DNA of 64,000 nucleotides. It comes from Podarcis cretensis. Taxonomy: Eukaryota. Positions 12,601-24,800 of the stretch are shown here, one piece after another. The stretch is taken from positions 62,000,001 to 62,064,000 of the forward strand of contig OX638153.1 in the NCBI GenBank assembly GCA_951804945.1, given 5' to 3'. Position numbers and translations under genes: made by a program. The notes under the pieces are model-generated. The model saw only the letters and a list, made by a program, of their open reading frames with translations, was not told the DNA's origin and ran no database searches. How positions within the stretch are numbered: position 1 is the first letter of the stretch; every line of letters starts with the position of its first letter.

Positions 12601-15600
12601 GGCAAGAGGCCCCTTTAACTGCTCTCTTCCCGGGGTGTAAGGCCTGGGGGGGGGGGGAATCATGTCTTGCATTGCAGGAGTTAGACTAGATGACCCTTGG
12701 GTCCCTTCCAACTCTGCGCTTCTATGAGGAAGAGCTCCTGGAACATAACATAGACCATACTTCCCCCACCTGTCCTAAATAAAATTCTTATTTATTTATG
12801 TATTTTCTTTATTATGGGCAATTTCTGCACATCCTTCAAATAAATCCCCATGGTGGCATCCAAAATATAAACATGTATGATTGAGCTGAAAAACTGAACA
12901 CACTTTGGACTTAAAAGATGGAAGGAACAGGAAACAAACTTATCCAACTTCCTTCACAGGAAATGAGAAAATGTGTTCTCTTAAAGATACTGAAATAGTA
13001 ATTTATGCATTTGAGATGTCACCTGCTTTCTGCGTGCCAGCTCCTCCTCTTCTCTTCTTTTTCTTTCTTCTTCTTGTCTCCTGATCAGCTCTTCCTGTTG
13101 CCTCCGTAGCTCCTCCTGTCTTTTCCGCTCTTCTTCTTCTCTTTTGGCCCTCAGTTCTGCTTCTCTCCTCTCCTGCTCTAGCTGAATTAAAGAAGTAACA
13201 GTAGAAGTAAAGACCTCTTCAACTAGCACATTATTCCCGCTAGTTATAATCACTCTCATCAGCGTCCTCTTCTACAGCTACCAGTTTGATTGGTCTTCCC
13301 TAAACTGTGTCCTTGTGTGTTTTTTTTTAAAAAAGCCCAATTAAGAATTAGTAAGTTGTGTCCCAATTACACTAAATCAATACAGTATAAGGCAATTACA
13401 CTAAATCAGTATAAGGAATGTCACAGTAACTCAGAAAATAAATGAAACGAAAAGCTGCAACTGGAATAGTTTCTACTGTTTCTTACCTTAGCAGTTTTGG
13501 CTTTTTCAAGCTGCTGCAACTGTTCTAGAGCTGGTCCCTGAGCTGTAGTGTCGATTGGGAGATCCCAGACACTGCTTCCTTCCCAGACTGCAAAAAGGGG
13601 GGAAATGTAGGCTATTAAGGCTAGCCAAGAAACTAGCAATTCTGTGCACCCAGGCAAATTCACTGGTAATTAAAAAATATCACATGCACTATATGTTTTG
13701 ATCATTAAGACGGTTAAATGATCTCTTTTGTGTACCTTTGGTTTTTCCTTTTTTAGGAAGTAGAGGGGGAGGAAGCCTTCTAAGGATAGCTAGGCATAAA
13801 TTAAGGAGGTAGAAATGAGGCTGCTGACAGAAAGAATGAGAATGAAGAGACCACCACTGAGGGCCTCTAAGATACAGCTTTTGTCTTTTATCTGCTTTAT
13901 ACTTGTATCTGTACCTCTCAAAACAGCAGCATCCCAAATCATGCTTTGTGGGCTTTGATCCAGGAGCCGACCATAGTTTTCTCAAGATGTAGTTTCAGAT
14001 CCTGGTTTGGCAATTATTCACAAACCATGATTTGTAAGCGACATTCATTTGGATGTCATTTCAGGGCAGTTTGTTTTGTGTCTGAATGTAGTCAATATCA
14101 AAACACTGTTTCGTACCTGTAGCTTGTGGGGCTGCTGACTGAAGCTCCCAAATTGAGCCAGTGTCTGGCACTGACACAGACCTTGTTACAGGAGTCACCA
14201 TGTTCTGCTCAGCTTTCCTGGAATATAAAGAGGAAGATTCAACATGCTACATCAAAAAGCTAGTTATACGTAGAAGTCACCGGGGTGTTTTCTTTTTATT
14301 TTAAAATACAATGCTTCTCTTTTTTCTCCCTCTTCTTCAGAACCAGTATTAAAGTGATATTAGGGCATAACTTCCTGACAATTCCAACATTGCTGAGCAA
14401 AGTCCAAAACTCTTGAGATGCACAAAATTGTTCTTTAATACTGACCAGAATTTGAATGAAAATTTTTGCTCTGGTAAATTAACAGGCTTCAATGAAAACA
14501 AATATGAGATGATGACAAATACAACCAACATAAATGGACAAAGTGACAACAGATCTATTTCACAGTCTTAGTGACACTGACTTGAAGCAATTTTGAACAG
14601 GCATAAACAGAGTGCTATATATTCAACAACCACTATCATGAGTAGACTCCATAGGGGCCACTTTATACATTATATTCAGTGTTATATTACATGCCCTTTT
14701 GATAATGTGAAGTATGAACATGACAGTTATGTGCATGCCAACATTTCCAAAGACATGTTCTCAGGAAACCATTCATGGTAGGTGGCCTGAAGTTTACTTT
14801 CAAAGTACTGGATTTACTACTGCATAATGTGTGAAAATGGCCCTGAAACTTGCATTCTTACCTCATTTTAAGTGCCTGGAACTGTTGCAAAAGGAGAGCC
14901 AGCTGCTGCTGCTGCTGTGATGAGAGAGCTGCTTTTTGCTGCTGTGCCATTACCTGGGCATACTGTTGTCTGGAAAAGAGAATGGGGAAAAGTTCACTCT
15001 ACTTAGTTACAGAATGACTATAACAACCCAGAAAAGAAAAGAGCTGCTAGTTCATACCACAACTGACATTCAAACACATCAGTACAAACCAGAACCCACC
15101 CACCAAAAATAAGAAACTGCCATTTGAAGTGGCTATTCAAAACAGTGACACACAACATTTACCTAAATTATAGATTGGATCTAACTATCCCTTTGTCATA
15201 TAGGATTCCCCCTTTCCATGGAAGGTTTTCACTGAATGGAGGATCACGATGGTGGGAAAGGAGTTTACTGGAGCCAACTCTCTCTACCCCACAAGCCCTC
15301 CAGGGGACACATGGGAATGGAGGGGAAGGGGAAATAAGTGAATGTCACTTTCTTCCTTCCACTGGCAGGAGCATCCCATGAGCAAGTCTGCTCATGAAAA
15401 ACTCCTGCCAGCAGAAGGTAACTCAGGTTCCAAGCCTTTTATTTAAGCACACTAGGCTGGCAGCTTTAAGCAACCAGGAGTTGCAGGCAGGCTGGAGGAA
15501 GAGGAATAAAGTGCTCCATCCCTTCTCTGTGCCCAGAATAGAAACCAAATAGGCTATTAACAGAAGAACACCAAAATGGAAGCCCTCTACCCTGGATATT

Positions 15601-18600
15601 GTGGACCACAACTCCCACCAGTCCAGCCAGCATGGCCAATGGCCAGGGATGATGAGAGTGGTAATCCAGCACCCGGTTGGCTAGCCCTGACCTACAAAAA
15701 AACAAGACCCTATATTCTCAACTCCTAGCCCACATACTTGCAGTAGACATACGGCTGTCCACAGAACCAGAAAGTAATGACTGATGTATGGTAACTGTGA
15801 CAAAGAGCAACTTGAATCAAGAGCTGCCACCATCTGTCAAAGCTCGTCTTTGTCACAGCCACCACTTCCCCACTGTTCCTCACACTTTCTTGCTCATTCC
15901 TGACCATCACGGGCAGCATGTGCCCTATACTAGCAGGATGGTGCAAGACAAACCAAGCTATCTAGGAGAAATTTTGTGAGTCTACCTACTCCTCTTCCTT
16001 GTCACCCAGAGGGAGACTCTAGGTAAGCAGACTAACTGCTGGAGATAAGGAGCAGCAACAATAAGTGAGCTGGTGGAATTGCCGCTGAGTAGTTTAAGTT
16101 GTCTCATAATGGGTGCTCCTTCTGTTAGGTGATAGGGGCATATGCCATCAGCAGGGACAGAGGACTTTGGATGGAGTGGGTGGAGGTAGCAGTGGCTGTT
16201 GTTGTTCCTCCTCCACTCACCACTCAGGGGGAGGTATGTGGCTGGGCAGTGAGAAGAAGTAAGAGCTGCCATGTACAGGGATGTCTTGCTGTCCACTTAG
16301 TATGAAAAATTGGACTACCCTGCTCTAGATCATTTAAACAAAGCAAAATGGCCATTGACAAATATTTATATAGACCAGGGGATGCTAACCTGTGGTGCTC
16401 CAGATGCTGTTCCAACTCCCATCAACCCCAGTCAGCATGTGCAATGATCAGGGATGAAGGGAATTATAGTCCAACATCTGGAGGGCCAAAGGTTAGCCAC
16501 CACTGATGTAAACTTACTGTAACAAAAATTGCTGGTACTGGAGGTGCTGCATTTGGTACATGGCTGTCAATTCCTGTTGTCTAGTCAGTCGTTCCTGGTC
16601 CAACTCTCCCTGTGGTTGTAAACAAATCGATAGCTGAACTTGTATCAAATGTTAGGATGCATGAGCATATGTACAACTCTGATTACAGTGACCTACAACA
16701 TTACGATTACGAAATACCTTTTATATTAAAAGTTGTTAAATGGAACAACATTTTTACAGATTGCTGTGTTTAGTAAAAAAGTATAAAGGATTGTGTGAAG
16801 TGGAAAATAAAGGGGTGTATATAGTTAAACTGTGTCTAGGGACCATTCCTTGGCAAAGGAAACTGGAGCAAATATCCCCAGTGCATAAGATACATGCTCC
16901 TCTACCTCGAGGAAGGCCCTATGCTTTCCTACTTCACCTCTCCCAGATATGAAGAAACAGGGAGAAGCTGTGTGCCACATGCTAAATCAAGCCACAGCGG
17001 CAGAAGCAAGGCAGGCTTGTTAGTGTGTGTGCTCCAATCCTTTGGGGTTCCTTTTACTGTCTCACAGCAGAGTTACCCAGAAAGTCTTCCTGTGTCTTCA
17101 CAGCGGCAGCAGTCCAGCTCTCTATCGGTGAATGCCCGTGAAGGAATAAACACCTCACCCATTCAGTTCTTCTTCAAATATTTATTTATATTACAAGTTG
17201 CATAACTTTATATCACTACTGGTCTACATAAATAAAACAGAACAATATACAGAGATTTCAATTTTCTCTGCTCCCTGCAGCAATCCAGCTAGAGAGACAG
17301 GTTTAGAGACTCCTATAGACAAAGGCAGACACTGAATCTCTCTTCCCCCAGACATGCCTAGATAAAGACACCTGTTGCTGGGGAGAATTCTCGCTGCTAA
17401 GCAGAATTGGTTCAAGGACAAATCTGATTCAAAGATCGTTTCAGGTTTACCTTTGAACTACACCAACAAGTCAGGAGGACCACAACTAGTAACATGCTTG
17501 AAAAAAGGAGTAAGGGTCAGGGGTCTCAGTAGGAGCTACCTTTTACTGATTGTGGCTTAATTTCCTTCTGCAATTTGCTATGCATAGAAAGCAGTTCAGC
17601 CAGATCCAACTGAAGCAGCATTCAAAGGCTTTTAGGTAAGTGAACCAGTAGCAATGAGGGCTTTTGCTATTTCACTGCTAGGTACAGTAAGCACTTTTCC
17701 CTTCCTGTATGGAAAGCCCATTGTATTGCGGCTCAGAGTATATGTTCAACATACAGACAGTCTCTCTAAAGGTCATTGCTGCTCTGTGCCTGGTAGCACA
17801 AAAGCACACAAAACCCTAAAACTGGCATCTCTTAACTTTCTAATTTAATGTTAACTGTTTTACACATTGTCATATTTACCAAATGCAGAGGTGGTGCTGG
17901 ACCGGGAGTGAAAGGAACCCTGCCCCACATTTTCATGATGTCTCCAAGTGGCTGGAAGCTCTCATCACATGCTCTTTTCACCAACAGTGACATTGTGAAA
18001 TACCCGGCCTGGAACCACTCTGTCATCTCTTGGTTACTGAATGGACCTGCAAAACCATCAAGGGATGAAATCCATGAAGACAAGAGTGAAACCTCTACTG
18101 AGTGCTGCACCCAACAGTCACAGCCCATATAGAGCCTGGTATCTGGGGGACTGCTCTATGTATGTGCCATATGTGTCTTCATCTTACTTACAGAGCTAGA
18201 CATTTTCTGATGCCACCCTAAGTACATAGGCAGTGTATTGTAATTTCCCTTAATATTCCAGTGAAATAAAATAAACATAATACCAGACTAGTTTATATCT
18301 TAAGAGGAATTCCAATTTACATACATATCTATGCAAAAAATGGAAATACCAATAAAAGGAGGAGGATTTGGGATCCCTGACTTAGAATTGTATCAGCAAG
18401 CATATTTACTGTCAGGTATACAATTCTGGAGACCCATAACTAAAAACAACTGTCCAAATTGGGCTTCTTTGGAATATTCCTATGTAGCACCTTTAGAAAG
18501 ATGGGTAGCACTTGGGTCTAAATACATTAATACTCAAGATGCTATTGAAACAATAAGATTAGTTCGAATGATATGGCACCACATGTCCAGAAAATATAAA

Positions 18601-21600
18601 TTTGACCTTTTCTTCCACAACAAATGACTTTGTGGGGAAACCTGTCTTTAAAAATTGGGAAAGAAATAGTTGTATGGAAGAGGTGGATGAATTTGGGTAT
18701 ATTAACATTCGAACAGCTGATAAACAAAGAGAATGAATTTTATACATATTCTGTCTTAAGAGACAAATACAGATTACCTACAAATGCTCAATGGCAATAT
18801 CTCCAGATAAAAAACTTGCTAACCACCATCTACGGACCAGCAGCTTTTACAGCCAGAGAGACCCGAGAGATATTGAAGCAAGTGATTAATTCTTACACAA
18901 CAAAAAACCATAAATATATGTCACTAGCAAACCAATTTGATATACAGGTACTGAGGGAGAAATGGAAAAAAGAATTAGAGATCTCAACTTCGACCCCAGA
19001 GTGGGAATCTGTGTTAAGTGCTGTAACAAGGGTGTCTCTGGACCTTAAACTGAGGCTCAAAAAACAAAAAAATAATATTTAGAATATACTGGACCCCATT
19101 ACGTTTGTTTAAAAAAGGGCTTTCTAAGGTATCTAACTGTTGGAGATGCAACAGGGATAATGCTTCTCTAAAACTGTTTTATCATTGTCCTATACTGAAA
19201 TATTTTTGACAGAAGGTAACTGAAACTATCAACAGAACTATATGGAACAATCCTACATTTACAGAGCAAAATATCCCTTTGAATTATATACCCAGCACAC
19301 AGAACCTTACAAAGGGACAATATGAGTGGATTCTTCATGCCCTTACCACAGCAAAAAGACTAAGACTGATGAATTAGAAAAATAAAAATGTGGCTCCCTT
19401 CTACGATTGGATGGAAGACTTATACAAACTTGCAACATATGAACAACTTGCATATAAACGCAGACTTGCCATGGACAGATTCAATGATATTTGGAATCCA
19501 TTCTTACAAATACTGTAATAGGTTAATATCTGATGGAGTGCAATAACAACTTTGTAAAGTATACAGTATACATGGATTTCCCTCCCTCCCCCCCTTTACT
19601 TTGCCTTCTACATGGGTGGTGTTTCTTTTTCTTTTATTTATGTCTCACCCTTTTTAGTGCACATATAACTAAAAAACAACAACATTCCAGTGAAATAAAA
19701 ATAAAAAGCGGTAAGATGAAAGCTTACCCTGAATTTCTCCCTGTGGATCTTTGTAGAACCACTTTTGCATGGCCTCATGGAGTAATGGTACTGAAGTACC
19801 CTTTACTCTCTGCTCCTGAAGTTTGGCTGCTAGCCTTTCATCATCCAGGGCACTGTCCTGCAAATATGCCACCATTTTTTCTGCTTGCTGCAGCAAGAGG
19901 AGGGGGGGGGACACATTAAGAACGACTGAGGTTACTACTGCCAGGTTACACACCATCGGTGGAATAAGGTGAAATTCAGCAGAAAGCCTTATGAATAATA
20001 CCATCATGGTTGGTGGACTCAGACACAAAGGAATGAAAAAGTAAGTTTAAATAATTATGCAAAAAGATAATAAAGCTTGGCAGAACTGCTTGCCGGGAAG
20101 CAAGTCTTATTATCTGGTAAGCAGCAAGGATGGTCAGCTTCCGGAAACAGCTGAGGATATTTTCGTTCCAACAGACTTTCCCAGATTGATAAATGAGTCT
20201 TTATCACAAGTGTCTGCTTGTTGGGTTTTTAGTCTTGTTTGAAATGTCTCTGCTGCTTTTGTGTTTAACTGCTTTTCATTATTTTACGTGTAAATCACCT
20301 TGAGATGGTGGTTAATAGATTAATTGTAATAATTGTAATGATGATGTCTGTATACATCGTGGTTGGAATTTTACAAGAAATTATTGGTCTTTAGAAATTC
20401 AAGTTTCTTGCAACATGTTTAAGCAACATTCAAACTACTGGAAAACAAAGAATTGTTTCTGGAGTCATTTTCAGAATCTATGTTCAGAGTCTTTTTCAGT
20501 CTGCATTTTCACTCATTTTTTATTTGCCATTTTTACACTGAGGGGCTCCTATATAAAATCAGCAGACAGGGAAGGGCTCTGAAGATGATCATCTGTACAT
20601 ATCAATGCTTTACCCTTAAAACATATGTGACTGACATGCAAAAGGATTGGCCCTCTGTTCATGTGTATTTTGAAGGGGGGAATACAGTTTGTGTATATTT
20701 TGTACTTGAGTATCAGCAGCATGAGGTGACTCTCATATTCTCTACTGCGTACACGCATTCTGTCACAGTGCTCATGAATGAAGTCAGGTGATTATCTATT
20801 TATATTAATGTCGGAGTGTGTGTGTCCATTTTTCAACTTGATTCACTTAGTACTCACAAAGTTAACCTACTGGAGTTGCATACCACACAAATATACAAGA
20901 TAGATTCAACTTAATTTTAGAAAACAGGAATTCCCCTTCTTTAATTAACAAAAATATTAATTTTCCATTTTTGTTTGAGAAGGAGATGGCAGGAACATAC
21001 AGGTTGAAACTGTTTTAATGAAAATTAAGTTGATTATCTGAAGTATTGTCAAAGTGCAAAATATGTGTCATTTTTGCCCATTAATACATCAATATAGTTT
21101 TGCCCATTTTCATGATCAGTTGCAGGAAAACATTGTAAAAGCAATTAGTTGCCAGTCCTGCCCAAAACTAGTTTTCCTCTGCAGTTGCCAACTGTTGGTC
21201 TATGTGAGGGGTGTGCTAGTCTATAGTTGACTAGGTACATTAACTCTAGGTTGCATCTTGAACTCCTGTCTCCACCTTGGGTGCATAAGCACTGCTGACT
21301 TGTAAAGGCTATTGCTATGATATTCTCAGCAACCGGTCTAAATCCCAAAGCTTTCACCCACAATCACCTGAATCAGGTAGCTGCATTTACAAGGTAAGTA
21401 TACAAAATAATGTTTTCTTTCAGCCTTTGAAGCACAACAACAAAAAACAAACAAACCAGAATTCACGAAGATGCTCTACCTGTTCTAAATGTTTGAGGCC
21501 CTCTTCGTCATCAGGGTCAGCAGGAATATTACCCATCCCTGGAGCAGCTGTGACTGATGTCTGAACAGGCCTTAAGGCAGGAATTGGATTTGACTCTGGA

Positions 21601-21850
21601 GGAGGAAGATGAACAAGGGAAGCTGCATCTGGAGAAATCTGTGGTAAAGGCTGGACAGCAGAAATTGGATCTGGGGGTGGGGAAGAATGGACATTAAATT
21701 CCTTTAAAGGCCCTTCTTTCTACCAGAACTGTTATTATGTGATAAAATGTATAATCAGACAATAAGCAAGATGGCATGCTTTCAACAATGCTTAAACAAT
21801 GTATGAATGATCAGTTCATCCTTTCCACCTTGCTTTGTCACTACAGACAG

Positions 21851-21885
<35 letters not shown>

Positions 21886-24800
21886 TTTGCATACTTTGCA
21901 TATACATTATGCCAAACCTGAAATATGATTACCTTCTCTGTTGGGCACTTTGGCTGATGGGATATCCTCCATTTGGTTTTCTTTATCTTCTCTTTTTTCT
22001 ATTACTTCTGGAACACAGTCTTCCCTTCTTTCAAGCAGGCTTGTAGGTAATGGCTCCTGTGACTGGGATTTTGGTGGAGTACCTGACCTGGTGGATGGTG
22101 AAGATTCTTTGACTGTTTCTTCTGTTACTTCTGAAATGATTGGTAACTTTATTTAACTGAGCTGGAAGGCGGAAGCAAAATTTAAAGGATAGACTTGAGA
22201 AATCCTTCTTACCTGCTACTGCTGTATGGTCCGTCTTAACACTTTCCCTTCCATGTGTCTTATCTACTTCTTTGGCTTCTTCATTGTGACTTCCTTCTGA
22301 ATCAGACCTGTCTTCCCCTTCCTCTACAGGACGGAAATCCATTTCCTGTTCCTCAGGAATTGGTTCCTTTTGAACCTTCTAAGGAAAACACACATGCAAA
22401 CAACAAACTTTATACTACTGGTTATAAATAATACCGTTAATATTATGACAAGTTCACAGAAAGTTTCTCACTTTTAAGGAGAGGAATGCCCCAGATGAGT
22501 CAAAAGTCCCCATTTCTTCTTCTGCATCTTCTAAGCACCATTCAGGAAGGCTATCCCTATCATCATCCATACTGCCACTGCCACATCGCACTCTTCGATA
22601 ACCCCGCTCATCATCCCGGTCTCGGAAGTCAAATTCAAACCTTCGCCGTCGCTCCATCTGTTCTCTCCAGCCTGCAGAACGAGGGCCGTCTAAGGGGGCG
22701 GGAAAGTAACTTTACAAAAGAGTCCCATAGGGCAAGAACTTGTTTGGAAGGAGAAAGGGATAGAGGAAAAGAGGATAGGGAAAAGAGAGGACAAAGTGAC
22801 AGCACTTCAGAACGCCACTACAGCTTATGGTCCACCTTGAAACACGCATTTTATAAATATATCATGACTATTTCCCCTTTAAACCACTGTCTCTTTGAGT
22901 TATATTATTAATGTAAAGGACTGTACAACCCAACTCCATGCAAGTGGGCTTAAAAGAACAAAAACAATTTAACTATGAGTTAAGCCCAGGGCAGCCTCAC
23001 AATCTTTCTGAATAGCAGCCTCACAATCTGTTCAGCCACAGGGGGGCAGCCTTTGCTAGTAAGACCATTCTACGTGGTTCTATGAATCCAGACAAGTACC
23101 ACTTTATGGGGATTACCATATTTTTATGCTTCTCTTTGAGGTCACAGGCAGCATCTATTCTACTAACTCCATCAGTCCTAAAGCATCTTCAAAACTGCTT
23201 GCCTTCACCCTCTGTCTGCTAGCTGACAATCCTCCTTTCTGGAGTTTGGAGTGTAGTTTGTAATCTGTGGTAATTAATTCTATTTATTTAATCTGCCCTT
23301 GTTTTGTATGTCACTATGGTGAAGTGGCCTGCTAGCACTATAATTCTGGGAAAGGATTTGTAGCCAACAAGCTTGTTTCTAAGGGCTGTGCAACTGTGCC
23401 CAAGCCTGCATGAGAATGAGGCAGGCTGGCACCAGCAGGTGTTGATGTACCTTTCTACAATCTGGGAGAGGTGAAGAATTTCCAAGCAAGTTGGTGTGAG
23501 CGATACTGGGGCTTGAAACGTGGTGATCTTCAAATGTGGCTTGGCATAAGCCACTTATTTTGGCTAACTTGGTTATACTAGATACAGGATACTATTTGTC
23601 ATCCTGATAGAAATGGCTATTGCAATCAAAAGTCTTGGATGTAGCTGATAGAGCATCTAGCCTGCAGAGCAAAAGGAAAGGAGTAGGGTTGCTCTATTAC
23701 CTCTGCTAAGAGGCCAGCTGCCTCTGACTCTCCCTCCGCTGTCATCTAACCACAGCCATTCTATCAGGCTAACTGTACTGTTTCCATCCCAGCAATAATT
23801 AAAAGAACTGTAACCTTTAAGAACTGGTGCCTGAGATTGCTTTCTTCTCTTCCTCTCTGTATTCCTTTTTCCTTGTGTGTCATGCCTTTCAGATGGCAAA
23901 TCTGAGGGCAGGGACTGTTTTACCTACTTTGTAAGCCTCTCTGGGGGTCTTTTGGGTTGCACAGCAGATTTAACAGCTGTTAATTAATTAATTAAAGCCT
24001 CCCTCTCTCTGTACACACAGAGAAAGAGTAATACTTTGACCAACCAGTAAGGAACTGAGGGTTGTAGCCCAATAGTGTTTTGTGTGACTTCACTTTCCTG
24101 TCCTCACTTATCCCAACAGTCCTCCGGATGCTCTCCAAAATCAGGAGTTTGGGAAGTCTCTTGAGATAGGGAGGCCTCTCAAGCAGATTTTTTTTTTTTG
24201 GGGGGGGGGGGAGAGAAATATAACGTCCTGTTGTATGTGGAAGTCTGTTCATGCAATAATGGATTCCACCTGAGACTACTGCACCGCCCACCTCTTTGAT
24301 CGAGAATATTCCATTACACAAATGACAATGAGTAAGTGTTATCCTAAAACAGCTATATCTAAATTAAAGAGCAACTACAGAAAAACCCTCAGTATTCTAC
24401 ACAATGCGGCGTTTCTCTACACTTCCTTTAAAGTAGCAGAAATTACCCAATGATATTTCAGCCTCGGGACTTCTGTCAAAAGACAGATGGACTTATTGAG
24501 AACAAAATTTTTATTAGCTTGTTGTTCTTCATATGCTAAACAAGAAAATACTAAATGAACTGCAAGTACTTGTCCCTAAGTAAAATCTTCACATCTGATC
24601 ATGTGGTGCTGGTTCAGCTGTTTCAATACTGTCAAAGTTAGACACACTGCTGCTTTATTGTGCATTTATCAGTTATGTCTGACGTCAGGAAGACACACAA
24701 TGCTGTATTCTCCATGACAAACAGTTTTTCCACTTCTATACAAGTAGCTGGAAGCATATGACAGATCTTCAGCCTCATGATTCAGAGTGATCACTAAAGG

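Noticed and set aside
18331-19082. ORFs of 98 and 152 aa as an independent gene
   Set aside because: Frameshifted fragments of LINE ORF2
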